DNA of 64,000 nt, taken from NCBI RefSeq assembly GCF_036321535.1, contig NC_087437.1:46130001-46194000 (forward strand). The letters run 5' to 3'. A model generated the notes under the pieces. That model was not told the DNA's origin. It made no database searches and worked only from the letters and a program-made list of their open reading frames with translations. Below, in pieces: positions 12,951-26,335 of this stretch. Origin of the DNA: Camelus dromedarius (lineage: Eukaryota). The first letter of the stretch is position 1. Each line of letters starts with the position of its first letter. The translations under genes and the position numbers were made by a program.

Positions 12951-14639
12951 TAGCACTGACTCCTTCACAGCCCTCAGTTTGTCTGACAGTGATTCTTTCT
13001 GGCCTTTCTCCTTCATTATTTGACAGATTGTTATAGATTTGAGGCCTCCTTTTATAAATATAAATTCACCTTTGTATCCCCGGGCTCAGCAGAGTGTCTT
13101 GAAAACAGAGTAGGTTGCATGGAGAGTTCCAGATTGAAAATAACCCTGGGAAGGAAACACCCCAAGGTGCTATCGCTAAGAGATCAGCTGCCAGATGCCA
13201 GAGGGAGCTGGGAGGGCCCCGCACTACTCCCTGGTGTGTAACAGGTTCCACTCAGTGCCTTATAGGCTGAAAAGTGTCCTGTCTTCTCAGAGCTAGAAAG
13301 GGTGTTCATGATAAGGCAGGGTGGGGACCTGACTCACTGACACCCAATTAGCTGGCTTTTGTCTTTGGATCTGCCTGGAAGTGACTCATGGGCTGGGAAA
13401 AAAAACCTTTTGGAAACAAATGTGGGGAGGTGGGGGGGTGTTAAGTCACTACAGCGTTTTATTCTCAGATAAAATGTGGATCTGCTGTTCCATAAATGTT
13501 GAATACTGTACATTTCTTCAGCCTCTCTCCAACAAAAACCCAGGGGGAATTATTAAGCTTGACAGTTCACTCATTTTCTCCAAGATTTTTATTAAATGCA
13601 ATTTAGAGGGGATAAAGTTTCTTCTCTTTCCTCTTTTTTTCACTTGAATAAACCCTGAATACCACCAGGGCAGAATAAAAGGGCATCCAGACTGCAGCAA
13701 TAGGTCATGCTTCCTCTTTAAATGAACCAGTTGAAGGCTCCCCTTCCAGGAGCCACTAAGGCACTTCCTGTCCACTCACCTTGCTCAATTCAATCTGAAG
13801 AGCATTTACGGAGCACCTAGCCATAGGGTACCGACACACACTGTTGGGGTGAGAGACAGTTCTGCCCTCCGGGGGCTTATGGTACAGGTAGGGAGCTAGT
13901 CTCGAACTCAACTAAGATACTGTATAAGGTACACGGATAAATGCTATACTGGTGTATTATTAGGACTTATTTGGTTGCAAATAATAAACATGCAAACTAA
14001 ATTAAATAATAAGAGGAATTTGTTGTAAAAATTCTGGTTGTCACAAGGAATTTGGGGCAGGCGGGTCTGTATCAGGGACACAGGAAGTAGCATTGACAGC
14101 AGCAGACCTCTTGGCCTCTCAGTTCTGCTCTCCCAGCCTGTCTCTACGTCTGAACCTCCACATCTGTCTTCAGATTGGCCTTTCCTCCACAGGGATGGGA
14201 AACGTGGTCCTAGAGGAGGTTCCCAACTGTATAACATCTTGCAGCTTTAGCGCTGTGGAGAAATTGACTCTTTCACTTCCAGTTTTAGAATTCTCCAAGA
14301 AGGCATCTGACTGGACTGAAATGTGTCAGCTCTTCACTTCTGGACCACCCTTCCACTCCAAGCCCGCCCCGGTCCCCACTTAGTTCAGAGGCACAATCCC
14401 CACCCCCACCCGTCAGTAAAGTGGTTCTCCGGAGCCCCGTGGGGGCGGGTGGGGGTGGATGGGCATGTGTCCAGAGAGGCAGCGGCCTCCACAGAGCCAG
14501 GAGGGTAGGGGGAACAGTGGGGCCTGCACTTCTGCGGACCATGCTTTCAGAAACCACCAGACTCTGGCCTGTCAGGTGACACTACTAATGAGGGCAAAGG
14601 ACTGGACTACTGAAGACAGCCATCCCTTACAAAATCCGG

Positions 14640-14790
14640 CTTTCATTTAATCCTCACAACAGTGACTGCGGGGATTACTGCTACCCCTTTTTCACAGATG
14701 AAGGGTACAGAGAGGTTAAGCACTTGGTCTACACTCGCACAGATCATGATTTGGAACCAGACGGCTGCATAGTCTGTGTGTAGCTTGCCC
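14640..14790 (-). mobile_element. MIR SINE
   Basis: TCATTTAATCCTCACAACAG..TTTCACAGATGAAG..AGAGAGGTTAAG. Confidence 0.8.
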
Positions 14791-15269
14791 AGCGCGGGGC
14801 TTCCACAAACACAACGGGGCAGGGTGGGGAGCGGCCTGAGCTCCAGGGAGGAGCAGCCCATCCCTGGGGATTGGGGCATTAGTTCTGTACTGGGCCTGGA
14901 CTTCCTGGGAGGGTTTCCAGCAGGTCTAGGTAAAGGAGGATGAGACCTGCGCCGGAGGTCATTGGTCTGGGTGCCTAGTCCCAGAGGTGCGACCAGCGAA
15001 GCCGGGTGGACGAAAGGGAGGTGGGGTGGAAAGCCTCGAGGCCTGTAAGGAAGGCCCAGGCTCAGTGGGGAAGGCCACGCCCCAGCTTGGAGTGCTTCCC
15101 TCCAGATCCAGGCCTCTAAATGCAATTCCATTTAAGGGCAACCTTGCCCAGTTCACACCTCGCCTTGAAGATGACAGATCGCCCTGTGGTCAATTTGTGG
15201 GGTGAGAAGGGGAACCTACAACCCTGCACCTACACTGCCACCGCCATAAAGGAAGCCAATCATGTCCAG

Positions 15270-15720
15270 TAAAACCTCACCGCCGCTGAGGTGCAGTTTC
15301 CCGGGGGGGGGGGGGGTCTCCTGCAGAGGGAAATAACACCGTGGCCAGCGACCCCTGGATCTGCGAATTCACCACAGCCTGAGAGGATGGCTCCGGTGCA
15401 GGGGATGGGCAGGGAGGGCCCCCCTTCTGGCCTTCTGCTCCCCGCTCTGTAATCCGGTTTGGCCCCGTGGTGAAAACTTCTGGGGGGCGGGGGGCAGGCC
15501 TGAATGGTTTCTGCTCAAGGGATGTTTGACCAAACTTAAACAGCGGAGGAGCGGGAGCGGGGAACCGAGCCTGGGCTGGGCTGCAGCGACCCCGACGCCG
15601 CGGCGGCGGAGCCTGAGCGCGGAGCCGCCGCCGCCCCTCCCCCGCCCGGCCCGCAAGCCCATTTTCGCTTGGCCGGTCTCCGTGCTGCCGGATGGATCGC
15701 GCCCCACCCCCGCTCCTCTG
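15270..15720. promoter_or_regulatory. CpG island / probable promoter and non-coding first exon of an unidentified gene
   Basis: Sharp local rise in GC and CpG (CGCCGCGGCGGCGG, GCCGCCGCCGCCC) and GC boxes near 15482 and 15640. A minus-strand donor GCG|GTGAGG at 15281/15280 suggests leftward transcription, but direction is not proven. Confidence 0.75.
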
Positions 15721-18349
15721 CTCAGTCATTCAGACTTGGAAAGTCAATAACACGCTGACATCATCAGGGGTTTGTGTATTATTACACGGCTACTTTCCAG
15801 AGTACCTGGCATTATCTAAGAGAGGAGCACTCCGGCTGCCCAAGGAGGGGCCTGGGACGCTGGCCTGGGGAGGGGCGGCTGCCCAAACCCAGCCTTTTCC
15901 TCGAGGAGAGCATCTTCAGGGCACCGATTAGAAACAGATTATGAGCTTTTGCTGCACTGAATGCAGATGCACTTTAGATATCAATACATGCTTCATTTTG
16001 GCTGGGGGTGCACTTACAAATCATTCTTAAGTGACCTCTATTTCTACCCAAGACATCCACTTGGTCTTTATGAAGCATTTTTAGTGATCCTTACAAAGGG
16101 GGGAAAAAGACATCTTTTATGACAGGAAGCCAGAGGCTGAGTCTTTTGAGACTCTTGGGGTTTGTGTGTGCAAGTCTCTATTATGTAATCTCCATCACGG
16201 GTGATTAGGTCTTCTCTTTCCCTCCAGGGCTAGACTGGGTAGTTTGGTTGCTGTTTTTCTTAAGCCTCATGTAGAGCAAACACACAGATAAAAAACATGT
16301 CCCAGATTTATGGTGCAAAACTGCTCTCGAAGCAAACTGCGGTAGTACAGTGTCTCATTTTGAAGGAGGAAAATAGATGAAATTGTTGTTAATTAAGACT
16401 CCTTATCTTACTACTCTGGCATTTCCTTTTCCTAGAATGAGTTTTTAAAAATAATTTTATGTATTTTAGATGTTTTCCTGCCCTCCTTCTGTAATGGTAC
16501 TTGTAATGGCTTAAATAACTAATTGTATAGATTACTGTACCTTTGTTTTGTACACCCCCCCCCCCCCCCCAGTTAAAATATGTGAAACTCAGTAACTTCC
16601 ACAACACAGTACCTTTTTTTTTTGTTTGGCCAAACAGGCTATTTCTTTTTTTACACACACAGGGCTGATCTCATATAAATACTCTTAAATTGTAAAAGGT
16701 AAAGTATTTTAAATTGCAAAAAAATGACATCCAGCCCCAACCTGGCTACCTGGAGAGTTACAAGAGAAGTGCAGGTGCTTTATTGGCCTCAACTCTGATC
16801 CCTCTGTATCTCAGTTAGAGAGAGATCACCGATTGATAGGTAAGTCTTTAGAGCTCCCCAAGAGGAAACAAAACAGCCATTGTTTCTCAGCAATTTAACG
16901 CTTTCCCTGTGTCTACTTGATCATTTCAGACAGCTTGTAGTCGATCATGATTGTGACCACTTCTCTCCAAATGGTCTGAGGAAAAATTCCCCCACCAGAT
17001 CCGAACTTCTAAAATCACTTCCGCAGGCCTGCCTGACGCCCCACAGCTCTTCTCCACCCCCAACTTTGCCCGGAAATTTCCCCTTTCCAAAGGGCAGGCA
17101 GATGGCGAGGTCCAGTGCACCAGCCCTCCAGGATGGTTCAGTAGGTGTTCATTCCGTGGCGCTTGAAGCTGCTGAAGAGGGTTGGGGGCGAGGTTCACCG
17201 CTAACCAGTGCACTGCTTCCTCAGGTGCTTTCCCTCAACTCCTCAGAGAGGAGTGTGCAGACCCTGTCTGTCCCTTTGGGTGTCTAGATGAAGAGGCTCT
17301 CAAATCTTTGAGCACTTCATTGTTCTCGCCTGCCGGCCCTCTGGCCTTTACCTAAACCCTTACTAGGCAGGAATAGGACCCCCATATGGGCGTTCTTCTT
17401 AGACAAGGATGTCACCTCGTTTTAGATGTTGAGCTTTGATAGCTGGCAACCAACTTCCCATCCCGGAGCTTCTGCCTAAGCAGGAGAGGGCAAAGTTCAG
17501 AGGGCCACTTGGGCACAAGCTCCGGGATAGAAAGCTGTGTGTCAGCTCTCAAAGCTCCAGAGCTAGGTGCCTGACACCTCTGCCCAACAAGGAGCCTATA
17601 TTGGCCAGAAAGAGGAGAGAACTCAGAGCAGTGGAACTACGCTGGGGAGGCAGAGAAGCAGAAATCTTGGTCCTAAAGGAGCTCATGTTCCAAAAGGCAG
17701 ACACACAGACAATAGCCAGGGAGCATGTGCTCTGCATCAGGTGAGGCCCTTTAGTGGGTGGGTCCTGCTGTACTGGTTGGGGGAGGAGGGAGTCCATGTG
17801 ACCTGTGGCATCTGGCCCCACCTCCCACTGCTGGGCCCAGGAGCAGTCCTACAGGAGTGACATGGTATTTCCCCCATTCCTCTGGGGAAAAGAGGTCACC
17901 TTCTGGGCCTCTACTGCCAAATATTTGTCAGCTGGTTAGAAATGGGTGCATTTTAACTTAACAGGTTTGTGTCTTTTAAGGTAGTAATGTGAAGATTCTG
18001 GAGACTGACATTCAGTTATCAAGCCCTAATTGGTTTAGAAATAGACCCTTTTCTTTGATAAAGACCACGACAATGGTTAAGCTATCCTTGGGCAAGATTT
18101 CTAATCCACTGCTCACTGATACTGTTCTTTAAAAAAAATAGATAAATCAATTATAAAACATATAAAAATACAAGGCCAAATTTTTATTACTAGGGTCAGA
18201 AAATTATGTTCACATGACTCTGTCAAACTACTATGGGTGTTTATAAATGTTATTCTCAGTTGCTATGCGCATCTAATCGGGAATATAATGGACAGTTCTT
18301 GGATTTGGGATGCACTTTTGAGTAGCATGGAACAGGGAATGCACACTGG

Positions 18350-18645
18350 AGGTCCAGCGGCTAACTTCAGCTCACATTCTTGTGTCGGTGGGCCCAAACG
18401 GTTTTTTAAAAAATGGATTAAAAATCCAGAGGTTTTCACATAAAAATCCAGCTTTTCCTGAAAGATGAAAAACTTCCAGCAACGTAAGCCATGTCAACAA
18501 TTGGGTTGAGCTGAGGAGAGCTGCCCCTTTAAGCCCAGGACACAGCCTGCTATTGGCCACAGTTCCCACCTATTCCTAGGCATATTCACTCTTCTGAGCT
18601 ACCTGCTTGGCTGTAAAAAAGCATTTGAATCTGTGTCCTCCTTCT
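18350..18645. mobile_element. hAT-Charlie DNA transposon fossil (MER102-like)
   Basis: AAAATCCAGAGGTTTTCACATAAAAATCCAGCTTTTC..GCTGCCCCTTTAAG..GCCACAGTTCCCACC..GCATTTGA resembles the MER102 consensus as I recall it. Confidence 0.55.
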
Positions 18646-18869
18646 AAAGGTTTCCTCTTACAATAAGTTTCTGGGGTGTTGCCTTCTCCTTGCCTTCTCA
18701 CAGGGAAGGATCACTCTGCAAAAGTCAGAGGACCCCAACCAGGGCAGTATGGTTCTGAGACTAGAGGCTGTGGTGTGAATACAGAGTTTCTGTGAATCCT
18801 TGGGTGCCCCAAACATTCTCTCTAGATTAGTGGGTAACACACCTCAACTCTATATGGGTTGAAGTCTTT

Positions 18870-18927
18870 TTTTTTTTTTTTTAATATATTTTTATATATA
18901 GTGAAGTATAGTGAGTTTACAGTGTTG
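18870..18927 (-). mobile_element. very short L1 3' tail insertion
   Basis: Poly-T plus TGAAGTATAGTGAGTTTACAGTGTTG; 15-bp TSD TGGGTTRAAGTCTTT with one mismatch (18855-18869, 18928-18942). Confidence 0.7.
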
Positions 18928-19889
18928 TGGGTTAAAGTCTTTAGATGCATGCAGATGCTATTTTGATGAATATAAAATTCATTTAATAATTTATAAGTGT
19001 TACTGATAGGTGTTAGTACTTGTTTTTTGTCACTTACTTTTTCTTGGTTAATAGATACAGAAAGTAAAACTACTACTGCTTTACTGTCTTAAAAAAATGT
19101 TCAAAAGGGGATGTTCCCTCATGGAAAGTTTAGGGGACTGCTGCCCTGTACTAAAATTGTCATCTTCATACTCTTCTTCAAGTACCCCCTAACAAATTTA
19201 AAATATGACGTATCCTCAGGTCTTCTAAAAAACACAGCTAGTTTTACAATATTAGTTGAAGTTGTTGCAAAGGATACAATATTTAGTGTACTGCAAAAAT
19301 GGACATTTTTAGAATAAACCTGTTAATCACTTTTTAAATTTATCCAGTGGGATCCAAATACCACAGCAATCAGATATCCATCATCATTCACTTAAAAAAT
19401 ACATGACCAAGCTCTTCTTAAACACTGGCAGGTTTTACACTTTTTTCCCCCTTCCTTCAGTTTATGTGGTCATCCTTATAGGGCCAACAAAATAAACATA
19501 AATTTTAATTTAAAAAATTCTGTGTGATTATATGGCTTTAAGTGTTAATTTTTATTGACTATATATTGTAATAAGGTGAATATGGCTTTTTTCCCAGTTA
19601 GCTTACCCATGGATGACTACTGCTTCCTGTTACTAGAATGAGCATGACTTCTGTTCTAGTTTTTGTTTATACACTTGTGTACACATGAGAAATGTTATCA
19701 TATGAACAGGTAGGTGTAAATGGAAGTAGTTTTTTGACAACAGTATCATCTTCAAATTTCTTGCTTGCCATCCTTTCATTCTTTATCTCCTTCTGAATCA
19801 TTTGCCAAAGATCTCATGGCTTGCCCAGAATCACCTGTGATTAGATCCTACTTTAATCTTGTGGGGAGCAAGAAATAAGTCACCTTCGG

Positions 19890-20430
19890 TAGCCCGAACG
19901 TTTGTGTTCCTCCCTAAATTCATATGTTGAAACGTAATTCCCAGTGCGCGGGGCCTTTGGGAGGTGGATCATGAGGCTGGAACCTTCATGGATGCTATTA
20001 GAGCCCTTATGAAAGAGACCCCAGAATTAGCAGATACAAATTTCTATATAAAATAGATAAACAACAGGGTCCTACTGTATAGCACAGGGAACTATATTCA
20101 ATACCTTGTAATAACCTATAATGAAGAAGAATATGAAAAAGAATATATATATGACTGTATCACTATGCTGTACACCAGAAACTAATGCAACATTGTAAAT
20201 TAACTATACTTCAATTAAAAAAAACGGGGGACCCCAGAGAGAGCCCTCACTCGTTCTGCCATGTAAGGACATGGTGAAAAGATGGCCATCTATGAACCAA
20301 AGCAGGCTCACACCAGACACCTAATCTGCCAGCACCTTGATCTTGGACTTTCAGCCTCTAGAGTTGTGAGAAATGAATTCTGTTGCTTATAAGGCACCTA
20401 GTCTATGGTAGTATATTATAGCAGCCTAAA
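19890..20430 (+). mobile_element. MLT1A-like LTR split by an L1 3' fragment
   Basis: AAATTCATATGTTGAAAC..GGGCCTTTGGGAGGTG on the left and CAGCACCTTGATCTTGGACTTTCAGCCTCTAGA..TATAGCAGCC on the right. Confidence 0.85.
20026..20225 (+). mobile_element. L1 3' UTR fragment (cetartiodactyl-type)
   Basis: TAGATAAACAACAGGGTCCTACTGTATAGCACAGGGAACTATATTCAATA..ACTATACTTCAATTAAAA; TSD GACCCCAGA at 20017-20025 and 20230-20238. Confidence 0.85.
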
Positions 20431-20667
20431 GTAAAATACTGCCTGACTAGCAAAAGTATTTATTTCAAGTCATTAAAATTATTTACTTCCTCTATACCTA
20501 GTCTAAGACTTAATTCTCCCTTTGGTCTGCATGTTTCTGCCCTAGGTCAGCGCACCACATTAAGATTAGGAATGAGTATAAAGTGTGCATTTCTTTTTTC
20601 TTTATTTCCGGGTAGTGGAAATTTTACTTATTTATGATATTTCTGCTTATCTGTATTGTCTAAGTAA

Positions 20668-21167
20668 AAATTGAGATATAGTTGACATATAACATAATAT
20701 TTCAGGTGTAAACATAATGATTTGATATTTGTATGTATTGCAAATTGATCACCACAGTAAGTCTGGTTAACATCCACCATCACATATAGTTATAATTTTT
20801 TTTCTTGTGATGAGAACTGTCTTAGCAACTTTGAAATATACAGTAAAATATCATTAGCTATAGTCACCATGCTGGACATTACATCCCCAGGAGTTATTTA
20901 TCTTATAACTCGAAGTTTTTACCCTTTGAACACCTTCGCTCATTTCCGCCACCCACCACCCCCACCTTTGGCAACCACGAATCTGTTCCCTCTGTGAGTT
21001 TGGTTTTCTGTTTGTGTATTTTTAGATTCCATGTGTAAGTGAGATCATATGGTATTTATCTTTCTCTATTTGCCTTATTCACTTAGCATAATACCCTCAA
21101 GGTCTGTCCATGTTACTGCAAATGGCAAGACTTCCATATTTGGCTTCCTTTTTTTGGCTGAATAATA
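20668..21167 (-). mobile_element. L1 3' region (L1MA9-like)
   Basis: TTGAGATATAGTTGACATATAAC..TAGATTCCATGTGTAAGTGAGATCATATGGTATTT..CACTTAGCATAATACCCTCAAGG. Confidence 0.85.
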
Positions 21168-22289
21168 CTGGTATGCATTTCTTTAGTAAAGTAGGAGACA
21201 GAAGATGGAGAGGTCACCTTGACACCCAGCTCTTTCTCAGCCAGATATTACTGATAGAAGCTGACAAAACTGATTATTTTAAAACTATCCTTTACTGGGT
21301 TCCTTTTGGAAAATCTTCATGTACCCCTTGGGGTATGTGTGTACCCCAATTTGAAGATGGCTGCCCTAGAAAGAAGTCAGGCCTGGGTTCTTGTAGTGAA
21401 AGGAAATAGCAGGAGGTCAAAGCTGCCAGTGATGGCACTAATAACATATTCACTGCATTGGGATTGTAGGCCCATTTACATCTCGTGGCCTATTCTTGTG
21501 GGAGTGCCCTGTCAGGGCTCCACTAAAGAAATTGTGCAGGGGATCTCTGTTGAGAGCCCTTGGCTCCTTGTGAAGGCAGCTGTTGGCTAGACTAGCACTG
21601 GCAACGTGGACTTTTCACAGAGTTACACCGAGGCTGTCATCAGCTTGGTTCTTCCTTTTTCACTAGTGAGGATTGCTCCCTTTCACTTCACCCTCACTTC
21701 CCAGCCCCCAGGTCAATTTAGAGAAAAATTCCTCTTACTTCCTACCTGTGACCAGGAGGTAGCTGCTCCCCCAACCTCAGTCCCCTTTCCCATCCCCCAT
21801 TGCACAGACTTTCTATCCAGTTGTTTTGAAAGAAAGCCAGGAATTTTTAGAGGAGATAACTGATAATATTCAGAGTCCTCTCTGTTCTGTACTTCCTTCT
21901 CCTTCTTAGTTCTGGGACTTTGTGAGAATTTCATATATGAGCTAAAGCTGCCTCTGGAGGGTAAGCCAGTGATCAGTGCTTCTAGCCCTTTAATTTAATC
22001 TCACCAATGAGACTTTTGAGGGCCCAAGCAGTCAGGTCCATTCTTGAGGTACTCTAGGGGTCTGGGCCCATTAGAAAGTGTATCTGAGAAATTCAGTCTA
22101 GGATACTTGAAACACTTGAAATAATTTTAATCCAAATTTAATCTCCTGTAGGGCTACTGGAACATTTCTGATCTGGAATCATATTGGGTTTTTCTAGGTA
22201 TATTTCATTCTGCACCAGAGGCATACATTGCCTCAAGATTGGGGGAAAGGAAAGAGAATGATGGGAAAATTTTAAAAATAAATATTATT

Positions 22290-22420
22290 GTTGAAATTCT
22301 TGAGCATTCAGCCTATGCCAGGCATTTTGTGCATGGTATCTCATTAAATCCTTCCGATATTCATGGGAGGTGGGTAGTATTACCTCATTTTGCAGATGAG
22401 GAAAGTCTCAGAAAGCATGG
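22290..22420 (-). mobile_element. MIR SINE
   Basis: TATGCCAGGCA..ATCTCATTAAATCCT..CTCATTTTGCAGATGAGGAAA. Confidence 0.75.
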
Positions 22421-22919
22421 AAGGTCAACACTGTGCCATCCTTTTCTCTGTTTGCCTGACTGACTGTTGCACTACTTATCACTCACCCTTAATTACCCAA
22501 CATGTAGGGAAGGGCAGAAGTTGGGCATAGAGCTACTTTATAAGATGGTGTGTATGTAATTACACATGAGTAAATTTCTCTGGGTTAATGTCAAGGTATC
22601 TCAGATTGGGGTCCATATAATTCTTCTGGTCCCTAAAAGACATTGATTTGGATTTTTAGTGGCACTTCAGCAAGGGATTGAAGATGAATGTCTCTTAAAA
22701 TATATTGTTTAGTGTTTTCTACATCATTTAGGTTTATTATATATCCTCTAAAATCATGTTATTTTTCTAACATGATTGACATTTAAAGTTGCATGAACTA
22801 TAGGGTGAAAATGATGAATCTGCATGAGTTGGATCAAAATAGGGGTAAATGAGAGTGCAACTCTTAAGATATCAAACACTTTGCCTACACTGACACTGAT
22901 TTCCTTCAAAGTACCAAAT

Positions 22920-23560
22920 TTAAGTAGACTGTGGCTCTATCCAACAAGATGGTAAACCCAGGAGAGAGAACAAGTTTGACCAGAAATATGAGTCTGGTTT
23001 TAGACATGTTGAGCTCAAGTAGCTCCTGGAATAGCTGAATGGTGATGCCCTTTGGATCCAAGGTTCTGAAACTTTGCAGGAGAGCTAGACTATGATAGTC
23101 ATTCACACATAGATGGTGATTGAATCTTTCAAGAGGATGACATCACTGGGAGAGTATGTATAAGGAGAAGAGAAGAGAGCTAGGAAACAAACCCAAGGAT
23201 CATATTAAACTAATATTGGAAAAAAAAAAAAAAAAGCCAGCAAAAGAGATTGAGAAGTAGCCGGAGAAGAATGAAAACCAAAAAACATCTTTTTTCTTTT
23301 TCTTTTGTTGCTGTTGTTTGTTTCTGTTTTTGTGAGGCAGTTAAGGGTAATGGGAGAGTTGAACAATATTGAAAGCAGCTGAAAGATCACAGACACAAAC
23401 CCCAGTGGATTTGGCCTAAGGAGACCACTAGCCCTCTTGGCAGGAGTGATTCCTGGGGAGAAGTAGGGCAGGTGAGATGGTGAGGCTGAGGAGGCAGTGA
23501 CGGGACATAGCTTTTTAATGAAGTTTGAGTTGTGAAGGGCAGTGGTTATAAGAGGAATTT
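22920..23560 (-). mobile_element. L2 LINE fragments
   Basis: GGTTTTAGACATGTTGAG..GAGAAGAGAAGAG..GGATTTGGC..GGAGACCACTAG, an antisense L2 pattern. Confidence 0.6.
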
Positions 23561-23967
23561 ATTTTATTTTATTTTTTTAAAAGAGACTGCATCAGCATGG
23601 TTACAGTGCTGATGGTGGCAAGGAGCCAGTCGAGGACATACCGGAAGATGTGGGGAGAGCAGGGACCTGGAGTAGATTGAGGTGGGAGGAAATGCCAGAA
23701 GGGATGCACTAGAGGACTCTGCTCTTTCTAACGTACTGTGGAAGAAATGAACGGGGCAACTAACACGTCTCTTTTGTTGCCCACCCAGGTTGGTGGTCTG
23801 TCTAGTTTACTCACTAGTTTTGGAGCTGCTGCAGGAAGGCACTATACATATTTAGCTCTGTATTTCCACTTTTTAACTCACTTTCTGTACTCTGTTGGTA
23901 TTTTGATTACTAAGTGATATTTTAGTCCTTATTTACTTCATCAAAAAAGTTAATGTATTTTTTTTTA

Positions 23968-24842
23968 ATACAAATGATTAATTGGCACATGAAAAATGCT
24001 CAATATCATTAATTATCAGAGAAACGCAAATCCAAACTACAATGAGGTATCACCTCACACCAGTCAGAATGGCCATCATTGAAAAGTCCACAAATGACAA
24101 ATGCTGGAGAGGCTGTGGAGAAAAGAGAACCCTCCTACACTGTTGGTGGGAATGCAGTTTGGTGCAGCCACTGTGGAAAACAGTATGGAGATTCCTCAAA
24201 AGACTAGGAATAGACTTACCATATGACTCAGGAATCCCACTCCTGGGCATATATCCAGAAGGAACCCTACTTCAAAATGACACCTGCACCCCAATGTTCA
24301 TAGCAGCACTATTTACAATAGCCAAGACATGGAAACAGCCTAAATGTCCATCAACAGATGACTGGATAAAGAAGAGGTGGTATATTTATACAATGGAATA
24401 CTATTCAGCCATAAAACCCGACAACATAACGCCATTTGCAGCAACATGGATGTTCCTGGAGAATGTCATTCTAAGTGAAGTAAGCCAGAAAGAGAAAGAA
24501 AAATACCATATGAGATCGCTCATATGCGGAATCTAAAATAAATAAATAAATAAACACAAAACAGAAATAGACTCATAGACATAGAATACAAACTTGTGGT
24601 TGCTAGGGGGACGGGGGCTGGGAAGGGACAGACCGGGATTTCAAAATGAAGAACAGATAAACAAGATTGTACTGTGTAGCACAGGGAAATATATACAGGA
24701 TCTTGTGGTGGCTCACAGTGAAAGATAATGTGACAATGAATATATGTATGTTCATGTATAACTGAAAAATTGTGCTCTACACTGGAATTTGACACAACAT
24801 TGTAAAATGACTATAACTCAATAAAAAAAAGTTTAAAAAAAT
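23968..24842 (+). mobile_element. young 5'-truncated L1: ORF2 C-terminus, 3' UTR and poly-A
   Basis: ORF 23982-24536 encodes an uninterrupted ORF2p C-terminus including the Cys/His motif [18 protein letters not shown] and [18 protein letters not shown]. It is followed by a 3' UTR, AATAAA-A tail and an imperfect TSD AGTTAAKGTATTTTTTT. Confidence 0.95.
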
Positions 24843-26179
24843 AGTTAAGGTATTTTTTTAGATGAAACGGTAGAGCATTAGGCTGCATTTGTAAGAGGGA
24901 AAAGTTCCCAAGCCAGGGAATGGAGGATGAAGGAGAGCAGTTCCAACCAAGTTTCAGGCCTGGCCGTGTTTAGTCCTAGATCCAGATGCGTCACCCTCAA
25001 ATCGATTAATCGGGAAACAACCCAGGTGCATCATTAACTGGCTTCACTTTCCCGGTCAGCTGTGCCGGTTTGGCTGCAGACAGACTTGATTGTAAATTTC
25101 TTATTTCCACAGAGAAATTTGAAGACTGACAGTTGATGTATTCAGAATCCCCACGCTACAAACACACAATGCAAAATGCACTGTAGAGAGATTGAATTAT
25201 ACTGGCTCACAAGAACAATAAGATATATTTAGATGGTCTGCACAAAATTCTTTAGCTTATTTGTTGTTTTTTGCCAAATGGCTTTACATAGAACCATTTT
25301 GTTACGTGTCTCCTCCCACAGAACGTGGACCAGCTATCACTCTGCCACAGGACGAATATGGGCAGCTGCAAGAACTGAGTCTGAGTGAGGACACTCTGAT
25401 CCGTAGGACTGTCAGGGGCTTTGACTGAATTCATTGATTAGCCTCTGTTGTCAGCACATGCTCCTGAAAACGATGTACAAGAATATGAAGATATATCCAG
25501 GGCTAGGACGTTCATGATTGTTCATTTTATTAAAAAAAAGTTCCCTGTGTTAAACCTTGATGATAGAATTCCATCCATAAATATTTGACTAGAGTTACAG
25601 AATGACTGGCAGGATGCATTCATTCAGATTGGTTTTACTGGTCAAATCTTCACTTGCAGCCTGTGAGAAATCTGCCCGATGAAGAGTAAAAAAATCAGGC
25701 GCCATCCCGACATGTAATTTGGAAGTATCCTAACTGAACATTATGTTTGTGGGGCAGCTCTTCAGCTGGTGACCAGGCCTGATCAGTTCTATTTTAAGTG
25801 ACCTCTTGCATCTACTCATTTTCTCCATTCCTTCTTTTACCACCTGTTTGGTGCCTCCACAGCTCTCTGCTGGTCCCTCTGCTTCTGGTCTCTCCCAGCT
25901 TCAGTCCAGCTATGTCAAGGGAATATTTTGTAAATCACTACTTCCATTGCATCATGTCCCTGTTTAAAAAAAACCAAGTGCTTTGATATGCCTCCTGAAT
26001 CAAGTAGTAATTTTTATTTTGAATAAAAATGAATTATTAGCATAACTAAGGTTGTGTGCCTTGATTAAAAATGTCATCAAAAGTAGTGAGACTGGGTTCC
26101 TTCTAGGAAATGTAAACTAAGAAAGGCATTAAGGAACTGTAAGAAATGAAAAAGATCTTAGTTCAAATTAGAGTCATCC

Positions 26180-26335
26180 AGGGCCTGAAACTTATATGAC
26201 TTGGGGGACTCTCTTTAGCCAAACAGAGTAGAAAATATATAATTACAAAATTAAATATAGGCCTTGGAAGGGGTCAGTAAAGTGAGGGGCCTCGAAGCTG
26301 AAGTTTTTTTAACTTCATAGTAAATGTGCTTCTGG
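26180..26335. mobile_element. small hAT-type MITE (MER53-like)
   Basis: GGGCCTGAAACTTAT..GGCCTTGGAAGGGG..AAGTGAGGGGCC..AAGCT..TAGTAAATGTGCTTCTG; a similar copy lies at 34240-34392. Confidence 0.55.

Noticed and set aside
14643..15931. ORFs of 112-162 aa over and near the CpG island
   Set aside because: Expected from stop-codon scarcity in GC-rich DNA; Pro/Arg/Gly-biased, overlapping on both strands, and one runs into a MIR.
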